Virus record (IMG/VR): IMGVR_UViG_3300042885_001472
Origin: a virus
Lineage: Duplodnaviria; Caudoviricetes
DNA length: 64,000 nt
Strand: one strand, 5' to 3'
The position numbers were made by a program, and so were the translations under genes. The first letter of the stretch is position 1; each line of letters starts with the position of its first letter. Of this stretch, positions 26,175-36,878 are shown piece by piece. The notes beneath the pieces were generated by a model. It was not told the DNA's origin, searched no databases, and saw only the letters and a program-made list of their open reading frames with translations.

Positions 26175-27077
26175 ATGAAAAAATCAAACATTAATGAGAT
26201 AATCACAAAAGAATTGAATAAATTATATGTGATTAAGGAAGATACTTTTCTTCAAAAAATATTATCCACTATCAAATCTAAATTATCTGATGATGATGAA
26301 ACTAATGATGACGATGATAGTTTTTTTGGTGAGTTAGGGGATAAAATTAAGAAAACTATTAAAAATTTTATTGGTGATGAAGATAAACCTAATGATGAAG
26401 AAAATGATGTTGATTTAAGTAAAGTGAATGTTGTTGGTGAGATTGATTTATCTGGTGGTGGATTTGATTCTAAACAAAAACAAATTATCAAGTACTTGAT
26501 AGAATCAATGGAAGAAAAGGGTATTACTAACCCATATACACAAATAGGTATACTTTCAGTTATCTCTAAAGAAACTGGGTTTAAATTAGTTCCAGAGTAT
26601 GGTTATAGTCATACATCTAATAATCATATTAGAGAAATTTTTGGTAGAAGAGCTAATAGGTATAGTGATGATGAATTAAATCAATTGAAAAAAAGTGATT
26701 ATGACTTTTTTGAAGCGATGTATGGGATGAATTCTGGTATTAAATTGGGTAATGATGAACCTGGTGATGGGTACAAATATTTGGGGCGGGGTTTAAATGG
26801 TTTAACAGGAAAGGGTAATTATAGAAAATATGGTCAAAAAATTGGGGTTGATTTGGTAGGGAATCCAGATCTATTAAATGATCCTAAAATAGCGACTAAA
26901 GTGGCCTTAACGTTTTTAACTAAAGGTAAGAGTGGTTCATCACTACCTGAATTTACTGATAAAGAAGAGGCGGCATCTTATTTCGCGGATATCAACGCTG
27001 GTGGTGATAGTGATTCACATAGAGGTAAAGCTATCGCTGCGTCAAATAGATTTGACGTTAATTTTAATGTAACTTAA
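26175..27077 (+). CDS. GH19 chitinase/lysozyme-like muramidase with N-terminal extension
   Basis: GDGYKYLGRGLNGLTGKGNYRKYG..DLVGNPDLLNDP. Confidence 0.8.
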   Translation: MKKSNINEIITKELNKLYVIKEDTFLQKILSTIKSKLSDDDETNDDDDSFFGELGDKIKKTIKNFIGDEDKPNDEENDVDLSKVNVVGEIDLSGGGFDSKQKQIIKYLIESMEEKGITNPYTQIGILSVISKETGFKLVPEYGYSHTSNNHIREIFGRRANRYSDDELNQLKKSDYDFFEAMYGMNSGIKLGNDEPGDGYKYLGRGLNGLTGKGNYRKYGQKIGVDLVGNPDLLNDPKIATKVALTFLTKGKSGSSLPEFTDKEEAASYFADINAGGDSDSHRGKAIAASNRFDVNFNVT

Positions 27078-27274
27078 TGGTTAAAAAAAAATATAAAAAA
27101 AATGGTTTAAGGATGGTAGAATCTTTACTCACATTTTTATGTCATACAATATCCCCGGATATGAGTCAATGTCCCTTCACGATTGATTATCTAATGAGTT
27201 ATGTTAAAATAACTAATGTTAGTATTAAAAATATAAGGCAAAGAATATACAAAAATAAAATAAAAAGTAAATGA
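27077..27274 (+). CDS. hypothetical protein
   Basis: ORF track. Confidence 0.4.
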   Translation: MVKKKYKKNGLRMVESLLTFLCHTISPDMSQCPFTIDYLMSYVKITNVSIKNIRQRIYKNKIKSK

Positions 27275-27308
27275 TTTCAATATATTAATATATTTATTAT
27301 TAAAAAAA

Positions 27309-28379
27309 TTGGACCCAACATTGACAAATTATTTTAATCTTGAAGAATTCATAAATGAGGCTGTTATTGTTTCCAAAACAGATAGTAATGGTAAAATAAT
27401 TTACGCTAATAAAAAATTTGTTGACATATCTGGTTACCCATTAGAAGAGATTTTAGGTAAAGATCATAACATAGTTAATTCTGGGGAGCATTCAAATGAA
27501 ATTTGGTCTGGAATGTATGAAAAAACGATCAAACAAAAAGGGATTTGGAATATGATTGTGACTAATCGTTCTAAAAATGGTGAACTATATTATGTTGACA
27601 CATTCATTAAGGCTATGTTTGATACAGATGGTAAGTTATCCGGTTTTATGTCAATCAGACAAGATGTTACAGATATTATTAAAAGTTCTGTTGAGATAGA
27701 AAAGAAAAATTCATACCTTGAACACGCGGCTAAAATTCTTCGTCACGATATGCACAGTGGCATTAACACATACATACCTAGAGGTATAAGTTCTTTAGAG
27801 AGAAGGTTAAGTGAAGAGCAAATTAAAACATTAAAAATAGAATCTCCTTTAAAAATGTTGAAGGATGGTTTAAAACACACTCAAAAAGTTTATAAAGGTG
27901 TTTATGAATTTACAAATTTAGTTAAAAAAGATGTTTTTTTACATAAAGAAATTTGTGATGTTGAATCAATCCTCAATAATTATTTATTACTTACAGCTTA
28001 TAAAAGTCAAGTAACTATAGAACCACTATTAAATTTAGAGGTTAATGAACCTTTATTTTGTACAGCTATTGATAATTTAATTCGTAATGGTTTAAAATAT
28101 AATGACTCATTAACAAAATTTGTTAGAATATATTTTGAAAAAGAAAGGAAACAATTTGGTTTATCAAAAAAATATATAGTTATACAAGATAATGGTAGGG
28201 GTATGTCGCAAGAAGAATTTAATTACCTTTCAAAACCATATGTAAGAAAAGATGGTCAAAAAGAGGGTGGTACTGGTCTTGGATTAAACATATGCGTAGC
28301 CATTTTAAATGAACATAAATTTTCAATGACTTGTGAAAAAAATAGTATTGGAACTAAAATAAAAATAAAAATTAAATAA
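27309..28379 (+). CDS. PAS-domain sensor histidine kinase
   Basis: VSKTDSNGKIIYAN..NRSKNGELYYV PAS/PAC; H-box LRHD; NLIRNGLKYN, DNGRG, GTGLGL. Confidence 0.88.
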   Translation: MDPTLTNYFNLEEFINEAVIVSKTDSNGKIIYANKKFVDISGYPLEEILGKDHNIVNSGEHSNEIWSGMYEKTIKQKGIWNMIVTNRSKNGELYYVDTFIKAMFDTDGKLSGFMSIRQDVTDIIKSSVEIEKKNSYLEHAAKILRHDMHSGINTYIPRGISSLERRLSEEQIKTLKIESPLKMLKDGLKHTQKVYKGVYEFTNLVKKDVFLHKEICDVESILNNYLLLTAYKSQVTIEPLLNLEVNEPLFCTAIDNLIRNGLKYNDSLTKFVRIYFEKERKQFGLSKKYIVIQDNGRGMSQEEFNYLSKPYVRKDGQKEGGTGLGLNICVAILNEHKFSMTCEKNSIGTKIKIKIK

Positions 28380-28380
28380 A

Positions 28381-28824
28381 ATGAAAAATGTAATAGAATC
28401 TATTTTGTTAGTTGATGACGAAAATTTATTTCACCTAATTTTTGAAGACGCTTGTTCTTTACTAGATATTAGTTTATCACTTAAATCATTAAATAGCTCT
28501 GATGAGGCTGCTAAAATGTTTAAAAAATGGTTTGAAGATGGTGGTAATGGTAAACCTGAATGTGTGTTTGTTGATTTAAACATTGTGGGATCTTCATTTG
28601 ATGGGATTGAATTGATACGTAAAATAAATTTTGAATATGGTAACCATGTTGTAATTGGTATTATTTCTTCATCTAATGAACCAACTGAACAATCTAAAGC
28701 TATACAAGCCGGTGCTCAATTTTGGATCATCAAATCAGATGAAATTGAACCCAGATTAGAAGAATTTGTTAAAGATTATAAAGGTTATAAAAATAAAACC
28801 TTACCATTTAAAATTTATAAGTGA
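28381..28824 (+). CDS. single-domain response regulator (REC)
   Basis: ILLVDDE, FVDLN, IISSS, AGAQFWIIK. Confidence 0.88.
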   Translation: MKNVIESILLVDDENLFHLIFEDACSLLDISLSLKSLNSSDEAAKMFKKWFEDGGNGKPECVFVDLNIVGSSFDGIELIRKINFEYGNHVVIGIISSSNEPTEQSKAIQAGAQFWIIKSDEIEPRLEEFVKDYKGYKNKTLPFKIYK

Positions 28825-29498
28825 TGATTAAAATAGATAGTGTTACTAAGAATCAACTAAAAGAAGTATATAAAACAAAAAATGTGGGTATAGAAGGTAA
28901 TATACTTAAATTGATTGATACTGAAGATGATATTGAATTTAAAAAGTATATTAAAGATTGTTCGGAAAAAGATAAAGATAATAGAAGGAAACGTTTAGAG
29001 GTGACTAAACAAGTTCAGAATCAAAATAATGAACTTGTTAAATTAAATTCAGAAAATAAAAATATCTTATTAGAATTACAAACCACTTTAACTAATGTTG
29101 AATTATCTAAACAACAAATTGAAATTCAAAATCAAGAATTAATTGACTGGAAAGAAGATAATCAACGATTGACCACTCAGTTACAAGAAGAGATGGTTAA
29201 ATCTGAAGTCGCTAGAGTTGAAGCTGAAAAGTCAAAAGAAAGTGCTTTAAATGATTTGGATATATTACAGAAAAAAACACAAACAGAATTAATTGGAACA
29301 GTTGTTAAAGTCGCCTTAATTGTGATATTAAGTGTGGGTATAATAACAACCGGTATGTATTGTGTTGCTTTATATAATGGGAAAGATACTCAAATAATAG
29401 GATCTACTTGGTCAAATATGTTTGGAATACTTTTAACTAACGCCTTTAGTATTATAGGTACTATAATGGGTGTTAAGTACGCTTCTGAAAAAAAATAA
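28821..29498 (+). CDS. coiled-coil protein with two C-terminal TM helices
   Basis: Q/E/N-rich heptads followed by two hydrophobic segments. Confidence 0.7.
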   Translation: MMIKIDSVTKNQLKEVYKTKNVGIEGNILKLIDTEDDIEFKKYIKDCSEKDKDNRRKRLEVTKQVQNQNNELVKLNSENKNILLELQTTLTNVELSKQQIEIQNQELIDWKEDNQRLTTQLQEEMVKSEVARVEAEKSKESALNDLDILQKKTQTELIGTVVKVALIVILSVGIITTGMYCVALYNGKDTQIIGSTWSNMFGILLTNAFSIIGTIMGVKYASEKK

Positions 29499-29527
29499 CT
29501 CCCCTAATAGAAAGAGAGTTATTATAA

Positions 29528-29773
29528 TTACACTTCAGTAGTTGTAGTAGATTCAGGTTTATTAGTTAAGAATTTCTCTACTACATTACCACCTATACAA
29601 ACTAATACTATCACTTTAACCGCGTCAACTAAATCTTCAGAAGGTTTAATTGATTCATGTTGGTAAGAATTAAGTAACATTGTTACTGATAAGAATAGGA
29701 ATCCTAAAAAAGCGATTACTCTTTTAATTGATACGTCACCACCACCAAACATATTTTTTATAAATTTTTTCAT
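29528..29773 (-). CDS. small 2-TM protein, holin-like
   Basis: SIKRVIAFLGFLFL and VKVIVLVCIG; divergent from the amidase. Confidence 0.45.
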   Translation of the reverse strand: MKKFIKNMFGGGDVSIKRVIAFLGFLFLSVTMLLNSYQHESIKPSEDLVDAVKVIVLVCIGGNVVEKFLTNKPESTTTTEV

Positions 29774-29831
29774 ATTGTTTTTAATATAAATATTTGTAAT
29801 TATACATTTTTCCCAATATTTATTAAAAGAT

Positions 29832-30494
29832 ATGAAATTAACTCAAACAGATTTCTCCACTAGTCAATACTTTAGTGAAGAACATAAAAAAACTCAAATT
29901 TACTTACACCACACCGCTGGTAACCCTGATCCTTTTGGGACATTTGGTTGGTGGTCAAATAATCCGGAAAGAATCGCCACATGTGTAAGTGTTGGTGGTA
30001 AACCAAAAACTGGTTCTAGATGGGAAGATGGTGAAGTCGTACAAGGTTTCTCTAGTAAACATTGGGCTTACCATTTAGGTTTAAAACAAGATATATTCAC
30101 TTATAATGGTGTACCATATAAATCATTAGATAAAATATCTATTGGTGTTGAAATATGTAATTGGGGACAATTATCGTATAAAGATGGTAAATATTATAAC
30201 TATGTGGGTGGTACTGTTCCAGCGGATGAAGTATGTGAATTACAGACACCATTTAAAAAATATAAATTCTACCATAACTATACAGACGCTCAAATCAGTG
30301 CGGTTAAAGAATTGTTAGTGTTATGGAACACTAAATATGGTATTCCATTAACATATAATGAAGATATTTGGGATATCAGTAAAAGAGCTTTAAAGGGTGA
30401 TCCTGGTGTTTATACACATAATAGTGTACGTAAAGATAAAGTTGATATTTACCCTCATCCTAAGATGGTTGAGATGTTAAAATCATTCAAATAA
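29832..30494 (+). CDS. N-acetylmuramoyl-L-alanine amidase (endolysin)
   Basis: IYLHHTAG, SIGVEICNWG, YTDAQI, VYTHNSVRKDKVD. Confidence 0.85.
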   Translation: MKLTQTDFSTSQYFSEEHKKTQIYLHHTAGNPDPFGTFGWWSNNPERIATCVSVGGKPKTGSRWEDGEVVQGFSSKHWAYHLGLKQDIFTYNGVPYKSLDKISIGVEICNWGQLSYKDGKYYNYVGGTVPADEVCELQTPFKKYKFYHNYTDAQISAVKELLVLWNTKYGIPLTYNEDIWDISKRALKGDPGVYTHNSVRKDKVDIYPHPKMVEMLKSFK

Positions 30495-30530
30495 CCTTTA
30501 ATTTTAAGGGATTTATATTAAATTAAAAAG

Positions 30531-31811
30531 ATGAAAAAGAAAATAATTATAACTGAAGAACAATTAAAATATATTGTAAATTTTATCGGTAAAGAATCTG
30601 ATATTAATGAACAAGTTAAGGTTGATCTTGAAGGACCAAAAAAAAGTCTTAACGTAAAAACACCTGTAGGTGGTTTAAGTATAAGTCATACTGCGGGTCA
30701 TGATAAAAGTGGAAGTATTAAAAAACCAAATACTTTTGTAAATAGGATTGAAAAAGCTAAAGAAACTAATAATAAAGCTGGTTTGAATGTTATAAATAAA
30801 ACGGTTAATGAGGATATATTACCAAAGGCGAATATTGTTAGAAAAACATTATCCGATGAAAATCAGATTAAACTTTGGGATGAAATATTAAAAACTGAAG
30901 TATATTTCGCCGCAGATATTATTGATTATGTGATGAAACGTAGTTGGGTTAAACAAACAGTTTTAGGTAAAAATGATGATAAAGGTGAAGAAGTAGATCC
31001 AGGTGTACCTGGTGAAAAAGAACCAAAGTTTCCGGGATTAAATATAACAACACCAATTGAAACTAATACTAGTGATTATTACCCAGATAATAGTTGGACA
31101 TTAACACCCGCTGGTGTTAAAGACATTGAAGAGTCATTTGTTCAACCAATTTTAGAACAGAAAAAAAACTCTAAAAAATCTTGTGTTAACTATATTAAAA
31201 TTGATACTAGTGCTAGTAGATTTAGAAATACAAAGGGAGCTTCTGATTTGACATTTGAGGAATTATCTAAAAAGAGAAATGAATCTACATACCAATATTT
31301 AATGGGTAGACTTAAAGAAATCGGTATCACTGAATGGTGTAGTACACAAAAAGTTGTGTTAAATTATGATGGTGAAAATGGTGATGGTACGTCTGGACCA
31401 AATCCTCCAAGTGGTAATTATTACGTACCTAAAGGTGGTGTTTCTTCACAAGCTGTATTAGATAATAAAAATAGAAATGAATTTGGTGCTCCACATAACT
31501 CTAAAGTGGAATATGATGTTCATAAGTATAATAGAGTAAATATAGGGTTAGCCTTTGACTTTTCAACACCACCAGTGGATGGTACTGAAATACCACCTGA
31601 ACCTGAAGAACCAACTCCTACGGGTAGTAAAAAATATAATGTTAAATTTTATGGTAAAACTAAAGGTAAGTGGGATATTGATTGGAATAAAATTTTTTAT
31701 AAACCAAGTGGTGGTAGACCTAGAAAGGCTTCAAAAAGTGTGGTCGCCTGTCCTAAATGGAGTGGTGGTAATGTACAAAATTGGATTGATAGAGGATTAA
31801 AACAAAAGTAA
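30531..31811 (+). CDS. leader-family protein (MKKKIIITEEQL), possible virion protein
   Basis: 426-aa ORF. Confidence 0.6.
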   Translation: MKKKIIITEEQLKYIVNFIGKESDINEQVKVDLEGPKKSLNVKTPVGGLSISHTAGHDKSGSIKKPNTFVNRIEKAKETNNKAGLNVINKTVNEDILPKANIVRKTLSDENQIKLWDEILKTEVYFAADIIDYVMKRSWVKQTVLGKNDDKGEEVDPGVPGEKEPKFPGLNITTPIETNTSDYYPDNSWTLTPAGVKDIEESFVQPILEQKKNSKKSCVNYIKIDTSASRFRNTKGASDLTFEELSKKRNESTYQYLMGRLKEIGITEWCSTQKVVLNYDGENGDGTSGPNPPSGNYYVPKGGVSSQAVLDNKNRNEFGAPHNSKVEYDVHKYNRVNIGLAFDFSTPPVDGTEIPPEPEEPTPTGSKKYNVKFYGKTKGKWDIDWNKIFYKPSGGRPRKASKSVVACPKWSGGNVQNWIDRGLKQK

Positions 31812-31814
31812 ATT

Positions 31815-31839
31815 AAAAAACCACCTATTGGTGGTTTTT
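31815..31839. terminator. bidirectional terminator
   Basis: AAAAAACCACC/GGTGGTTTTT. Confidence 0.75.
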
Positions 31840-31841
31840 AT

Positions 31842-32519
31842 TTATTTTAACATTTCTCTGTATTTGGAAAAAACACCTATACCAATCATAGAACCAAATT
31901 TATTATACCCAAACTTAAAATTATAAAACTTTAATCTTTTGTCATCAATAATTTTTCTATGACCTTTTGATTTTAACCAACGATCAAAAAAGTTTTTAGC
32001 TACTTCACATTCATCAGACCCTTGACGAGTTAAAATTAATATTTCCCCTATATTAAATTGTGTTACATATTCTGTAAAGTATTTAAACCTATCAAGTGAA
32101 GTTTTAAATTTATCATTATCTTGTATGTGTGATATACTATCATATTTAAAATTAAGTAAGTAATTTAATTGACAATTACTCGCACTATCTAAAAAATCAC
32201 CATATTCTTTTTTCAAATGAAAAACACTATCTTGGTAATTAAGGTAAAGTTTATTAAACTCACGTTCTATAACTTTTAAATCTAAGTCTTTAGATAATGG
32301 TGTGTATTTTTTAACTACTGGAGTTCTTTTACGTAAAACTTCCATCGCTTCTTCTATGGTATTAGTATAAAACACACTATCAGGTCTACCAGGAAGGGTT
32401 AGGGTAGCTCTATGTTTACCAACTTTAACTTGTGATAATCCCACTAAAGAAACCATCAACATCAGATATACAAATAATTTTTTCATAGTAATTGTTTTTA
32501 TTAAGACAAAGATAAACAT
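31842..32519 (-). CDS. secreted CAP/SCP-domain-like protein
   Basis: signal peptide; NIGEI..FFDRWLKSKGHRKII. Confidence 0.6.
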   Translation of the reverse strand: MFIFVLIKTITMKKLFVYLMLMVSLVGLSQVKVGKHRATLTLPGRPDSVFYTNTIEEAMEVLRKRTPVVKKYTPLSKDLDLKVIEREFNKLYLNYQDSVFHLKKEYGDFLDSASNCQLNYLLNFKYDSISHIQDNDKFKTSLDRFKYFTEYVTQFNIGEILILTRQGSDECEVAKNFFDRWLKSKGHRKIIDDKRLKFYNFKFGYNKFGSMIGIGVFSKYREMLK

Positions 32520-32627
32520 TTATTTTTAATTACCAAACAAAAAGTCAAGTGTTTTAACATTTTTTAACAAATAATTATTTTTCATCAAGTTATTGAATTA
32601 ATGATTCTTTTTAACTATATTTAATGT

Positions 32628-32864
32628 ATGGAGTATAAAACACTAAAAGAACAGTACTATGATTTAGTTCTGGATAAGATTATTGTTAGTCTTGAAGATC
32701 TTAATGAGACTGAAAAAACGATAATTGATACTGGATATTATTTGATGATTGAAAAACTTGAAGATATTAAACTATTAACCGAAGAAAATTATAGACTTAA
32801 GATTGAAATAGCCAACTTAAAATCGTATCAAGATGATAATGATTATAATGAAGAAGAAGATTAA
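32628..32864 (+). CDS. hypothetical protein
   Basis: ORF track. Confidence 0.6.
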   Translation: MEYKTLKEQYYDLVLDKIIVSLEDLNETEKTIIDTGYYLMIEKLEDIKLLTEENYRLKIEIANLKSYQDDNDYNEEED

Positions 32865-32874
32865 ATAAAAAAAT

Positions 32875-33189
32875 ATGAAAATGAAAAGTAAAGAAGAACG
32901 TATTTTATGGAAATGTTACGTTGAATTGTTTAAACATTCAACACCATCCGTAGATTTTGATTGGTTAGTGGAGACAGCTCCTACCAATGAGTTCGGTCAA
33001 AAAGAAATTGATTTTATGTCTTATGAGATTGACCCCAAAAAATTTGATGAAATCGTTGATTCAATTCTAACTGAACATAAAGTTAATAAAATGAAGAAAA
33101 AAATGTTTAAAACGACAATTTTATTGGGTTGTTCACCAAAGTACTCAAGTAATGTGGTGAATAGTATTACCACTGAAATTAAAAAATAA
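32875..33189 (+). CDS. hypothetical protein
   Basis: ORF track. Confidence 0.65.
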   Translation: MKMKSKEERILWKCYVELFKHSTPSVDFDWLVETAPTNEFGQKEIDFMSYEIDPKKFDEIVDSILTEHKVNKMKKKMFKTTILLGCSPKYSSNVVNSITTEIKK

Positions 33190-33318
33190 TATGGAATTTT
33201 TACACATAATTGGTATTTGTCCGGATAGTATATCACATATTGATATTTTGGACATAATTATGGTGAATTATAATGAAATTCAAATAATGATTAGTAAATT
33301 AAAAAACAAATTTAATAA

Positions 33319-33621
33319 ATGATAAATGAAGTTATATTCATCAATGATGATGATCGTAAAAGTGTTACTAAAGTACAACCAAAAACTATTGAAGAGTGGT
33401 GTGACGATTCCTTAAAGAAAGAAGACATTGAAGAGTACGTTAAATACCGTGTCAACTTTGAATTAAGTATTGATAAGGTTAAATTGACATCTAACAGAAC
33501 TACCAAAGAATTTGGTAAAATAGTTTATTTGGGTAAGACTAATAATTATGATACGTTTGTTTGTTATAATGGTATTACCTGGGAATTAATCTATGGTGAA
33601 CTAAATAGTGGTACTTATTAG
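33319..33621 (+). CDS. hypothetical protein
   Basis: ORF track. Confidence 0.6.
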   Translation: MINEVIFINDDDRKSVTKVQPKTIEEWCDDSLKKEDIEEYVKYRVNFELSIDKVKLTSNRTTKEFGKIVYLGKTNNYDTFVCYNGITWELIYGELNSGTY

Positions 33622-33666
33622 ATTTAATCTTTAGAATTTTTTTACTTAGTCTTTATATTTATTGTT

Positions 33667-33855
33667 ATGAGTAAAAACATTAAAAATTTGGTGAGTAGAG
33701 TTCTTAATGAGAGTATTGACGAAAGAATATACGATATGTTAAGAAAAAAAGAATTTAATACATTTAATCGATATTCTATAACAAAGTGGTTAGTTGATAT
33801 TGGTTTTACTGATCAGGAAGCTTACCATCAAAAACAATTATTAAAAAATTTCTGA
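33667..33855 (+). pseudogene. 5' half of a leader-family phage gene interrupted at GCTTA 33820-33824
   Basis: After DQEAY the DNA matches the end of the T9SS gene at about 35770-35820. Confidence 0.6.
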
Positions 33856-36043
33856 TTCTAAACTAATCAACACTTTTTATACACAATAAATAGTATAATA
33901 CATTATAAATGAAAAAATTAATACCCTATAAATTTTTAGTTATTACAATTTTGTTTTTGCAAAATGTGTTGCATTGCCAAACTACTATCTTAGGTAGTGC
34001 GGTAAATTTTGTTGTTTTTACAGGAGATGGTGATATCGCAAATACAGGAAGTTCACTTATAGCTGGTGATATTGGTACCAATTTAGGTGGTGTTAGCGGT
34101 TTAGCACCAGCAACATCAACCGTTACAGGAAATACTCATATTGCAAATTCTACTACAAATCAAGCAAAAATAGATTTGATTGCGGGCTTTACACTTTTAA
34201 TTTCTGTCCATGCAACTAACTCAATTCACCCACCTGCTTTTGGTATTGGAGAAACGGTATTACCAGGTATTTATGCCATTAGTGGTGCTGGTTCAGTTGG
34301 GGGTAACTTAACTTTAGATGCTCAAAATGATACAAATGCCGTATTTGTTTTTAGGTTTACGGGCGCATTTAATATTGGTGCAGCGGCAAATATTATATTA
34401 GCTAATAAGGCAAAAATATGCAATGTTTATTGGGTTTCTTATGGAGCAATCGGCATTGGCGCAGCAGCCTTTGTAAAAGGTAATTTTATAAGTAATTCGG
34501 CGGCTGTTTTTGTTGGAGCTACAACCTTGGTTGAAGGTAGATTGTTTAGTATTAGTGGTGCCATTACTTTTGGCCCATCACAATTAAAAATACCCCAATT
34601 ATGTGTTCCATCTTATTTTAGCAATTTTAATGCAACTTATAATTGTTTAGTGAGTGCAAAACCCAAATTTATGTTGTTTACATCAAGTGGTGCTGTTACA
34701 TTTCTTGGTAGTTCAAATTTAACAGGTGATATTGGTACAAATGCAGGAGGTATTACAGGTTATGGAACATCAACGGTTGTAGGAACTTATCATGCCTCAG
34801 ATTCTGTAACAAATCAAGCAAAATCAGATTTACAAACAACTTATGGTTATCTTACAGCTTTACCTGTTACAAACGCATTCCATACACCTGCATTGGTAGT
34901 TCTGAAGTTCTTAACCCTGGAGTATATTCCGTTGCTGGCGCTGGCTCTGTTAATGGTACCCTTACCTTAAATGCACAATGTGATACAAATGCCGTATTTG
35001 TTTTTAAGTTTGGTGGCGCATTTTCAGCTGCTGCCTCAAGCAAAGTAATTTTAATAAATAGTGCAAGAGCTTGTTCCGTTTATTGGATTGCAGAAGGTGC
35101 CATAACTTTTGCAGCCTCAACTACTTTTATAGGTAGTTTAATTTCGCATAACGGGGCTGTTAACATCGATAATTTTTGCAGTCTTGATGGCAGATTGCTT
35201 GCAATGAATGGCGCTATTTCAATTACTACTTCAACTGGGACATCAGTAGGAAATTGTGAAATTAATGAATGCAGTTTTTTGTCAATACAGTTGGTTTCGT
35301 TTAAAGCCAAATGTGAAAATAAAACTATAAAATTAGACTGGAGTACAGCCTCAGAAACTAATAATAATTATTTTTTAATTGAACGAAGTATAGATGCTAT
35401 TACCTGGCAAGTAGCTGCTAAAGTTGAAGGAGCGCTTAACTCATTACGTAATACGTATTATACTTATAATGATTTAAATAATAGTGCGGCACTTTTATAT
35501 TACCGTTTAAAACAGACAGATGTTGATGGGCAATTTAACTATTCACCAATCATTGATGTAAAAAATTGTGCAGAAGATGACACTGAAATATCTGTTTATC
35601 CAAACCCTGCCTACGAAATTTTAAACATAATTGTTAACCAGCCTGATGTAAAAATAGTTTCAGTAGCCATTTATAATATATTGGGAGAAGTAGTTTATTA
35701 TACTGAAAAATATCAATCACAAATTGTATTCGAAAATAAAGTATCAGGCGTTTATTTTCTGCATGTAAACTTACCATCAAAAACAATTATCAAAAAATTT
35801 TTAACCCTAAACTAACCAACACTTGTAATACATAATTATTTGAACAAAAAAATTATAAATGAAAAAATTAATACCCTATAAATTTTTAATTATTGCCATT
35901 TTGCTTTGGCAAAATGCGGTGTACGGTCAAGTAATTAACTTAGGTTCGGCGGCAAATTTTGCGCTCTTTACTGGTAGCGGAGCTGTTGCAAATACAGGTT
36001 CATCTACTATTACTGGCGATATTGGTTCTAATTTAGGCGCTTA
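33820..36043 (+). other. host-derived insertion (tandem ice-binding protein genes) flanked by GCTTA
   Basis: Different codon usage; internal duplication of gene end, spacer and MKKLIPYKFL start at 33821-33960 and 35770-35910. Confidence 0.7.
33909..35815 (+). pseudogene. ice-binding-like protein (2x DUF3494) with T9SS type-A sorting domain, frameshifted near 34892
   Basis: LGSAVNFVVFTG..GDIGTN, PGIYAISGAGSVGGNLTLDAQ..VYWV; 'cct gca ttg gta' lacks one T of PAFGSSE; C-terminal ISVYPNPA..YNILGE..GVYFL. Confidence 0.8.
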
Positions 36044-36296
36044 TGAGGGATATTCCGGTTATGGTGGTAAACCAGAGATTACTATAACACCAAGTGGTAA
36101 AAATAGGTATGATGTTGAATACACAATTCAGTTTGGAGATACTTTAATCAAACTTAATGGTGAATTAATACCATTTAATGATGGTAGACATATTGATTAT
36201 GAATTTGAGATAGGTTGGTCCCAGGATAAAGAATCTGAAGAATTTTATGATTTTAACTGGGAAATGGTTGAATATCAAATTAAAAGTGAATTATAA
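35859..36296 (+). CDS. chimeric ORF: IBP signal/N-terminus fused to phage gene 3' half
   Basis: IBP-like to GDIGSNLGA, then unrelated YEGYSGYGGKPEI. Confidence 0.65.
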   Translation: MKKLIPYKFLIIAILLWQNAVYGQVINLGSAANFALFTGSGAVANTGSSTITGDIGSNLGAYEGYSGYGGKPEITITPSGKNRYDVEYTIQFGDTLIKLNGELIPFNDGRHIDYEFEIGWSQDKESEEFYDFNWEMVEYQIKSEL

Positions 36297-36310
36297 TATA
36301 TTTATATTAT

Positions 36311-36877
36311 ATGAAATCATTAATTAAAAAGATATTACAAGAAGTTAGAGTTCCCAGAGAAGAAAGGGTAGAACTATATAAAGATGATAACATTATTGTT
36401 GTTGTTCCTTTAACACATAGAGCTTTACAAAAGTACGCGAGTTTCTGTCAGTGGTGTATTAATGATGATAAACATGAATGGGAAGATTATCATAAAGGAT
36501 TACACGCGATCATCATTCAAAGAAAACCTAAAAAAGAGAGGATAGGTATAAGTGGTCACCCAACTGCGAGTGAAATTGTAACGTTTGAAAGATGGAGTGA
36601 AGGTGGTTACACTTTTAATGATTTTCAAGATATTTTAGGTTACGAATTTGATGGTGAAAATAAGGGACAAGCGATTAAAGAAGCTGAAAAATATTTTTTA
36701 CCATTGATTAAGGATATTGATAATTTCGCCACTAATATAACTTATTATTCACCCACAAATGGTATATATGATATGGAAGATAATAATTTATGGGGTTTTG
36801 ATTTTAAAATATCTGATATACCAAATGTAACCGATGAAGTTATAAATATAATGGATGATTATTTAACTGAAGGATAA
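36311..36877 (+). CDS. leader-family hypothetical protein (MKSLIKKILQE)
   Basis: ORF track. Confidence 0.7.
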   Translation: MKSLIKKILQEVRVPREERVELYKDDNIIVVVPLTHRALQKYASFCQWCINDDKHEWEDYHKGLHAIIIQRKPKKERIGISGHPTASEIVTFERWSEGGYTFNDFQDILGYEFDGENKGQAIKEAEKYFLPLIKDIDNFATNITYYSPTNGIYDMEDNNLWGFDFKISDIPNVTDEVINIMDDYLTEG

Positions 36878-36878
36878 T

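Noticed and set aside
35080-35310. Separate genes 35080-35310 (-) and 35195-35815 (+)
   Set aside because: An antisense shadow and the 3' part of the frameshifted ice-binding gene, respectively.
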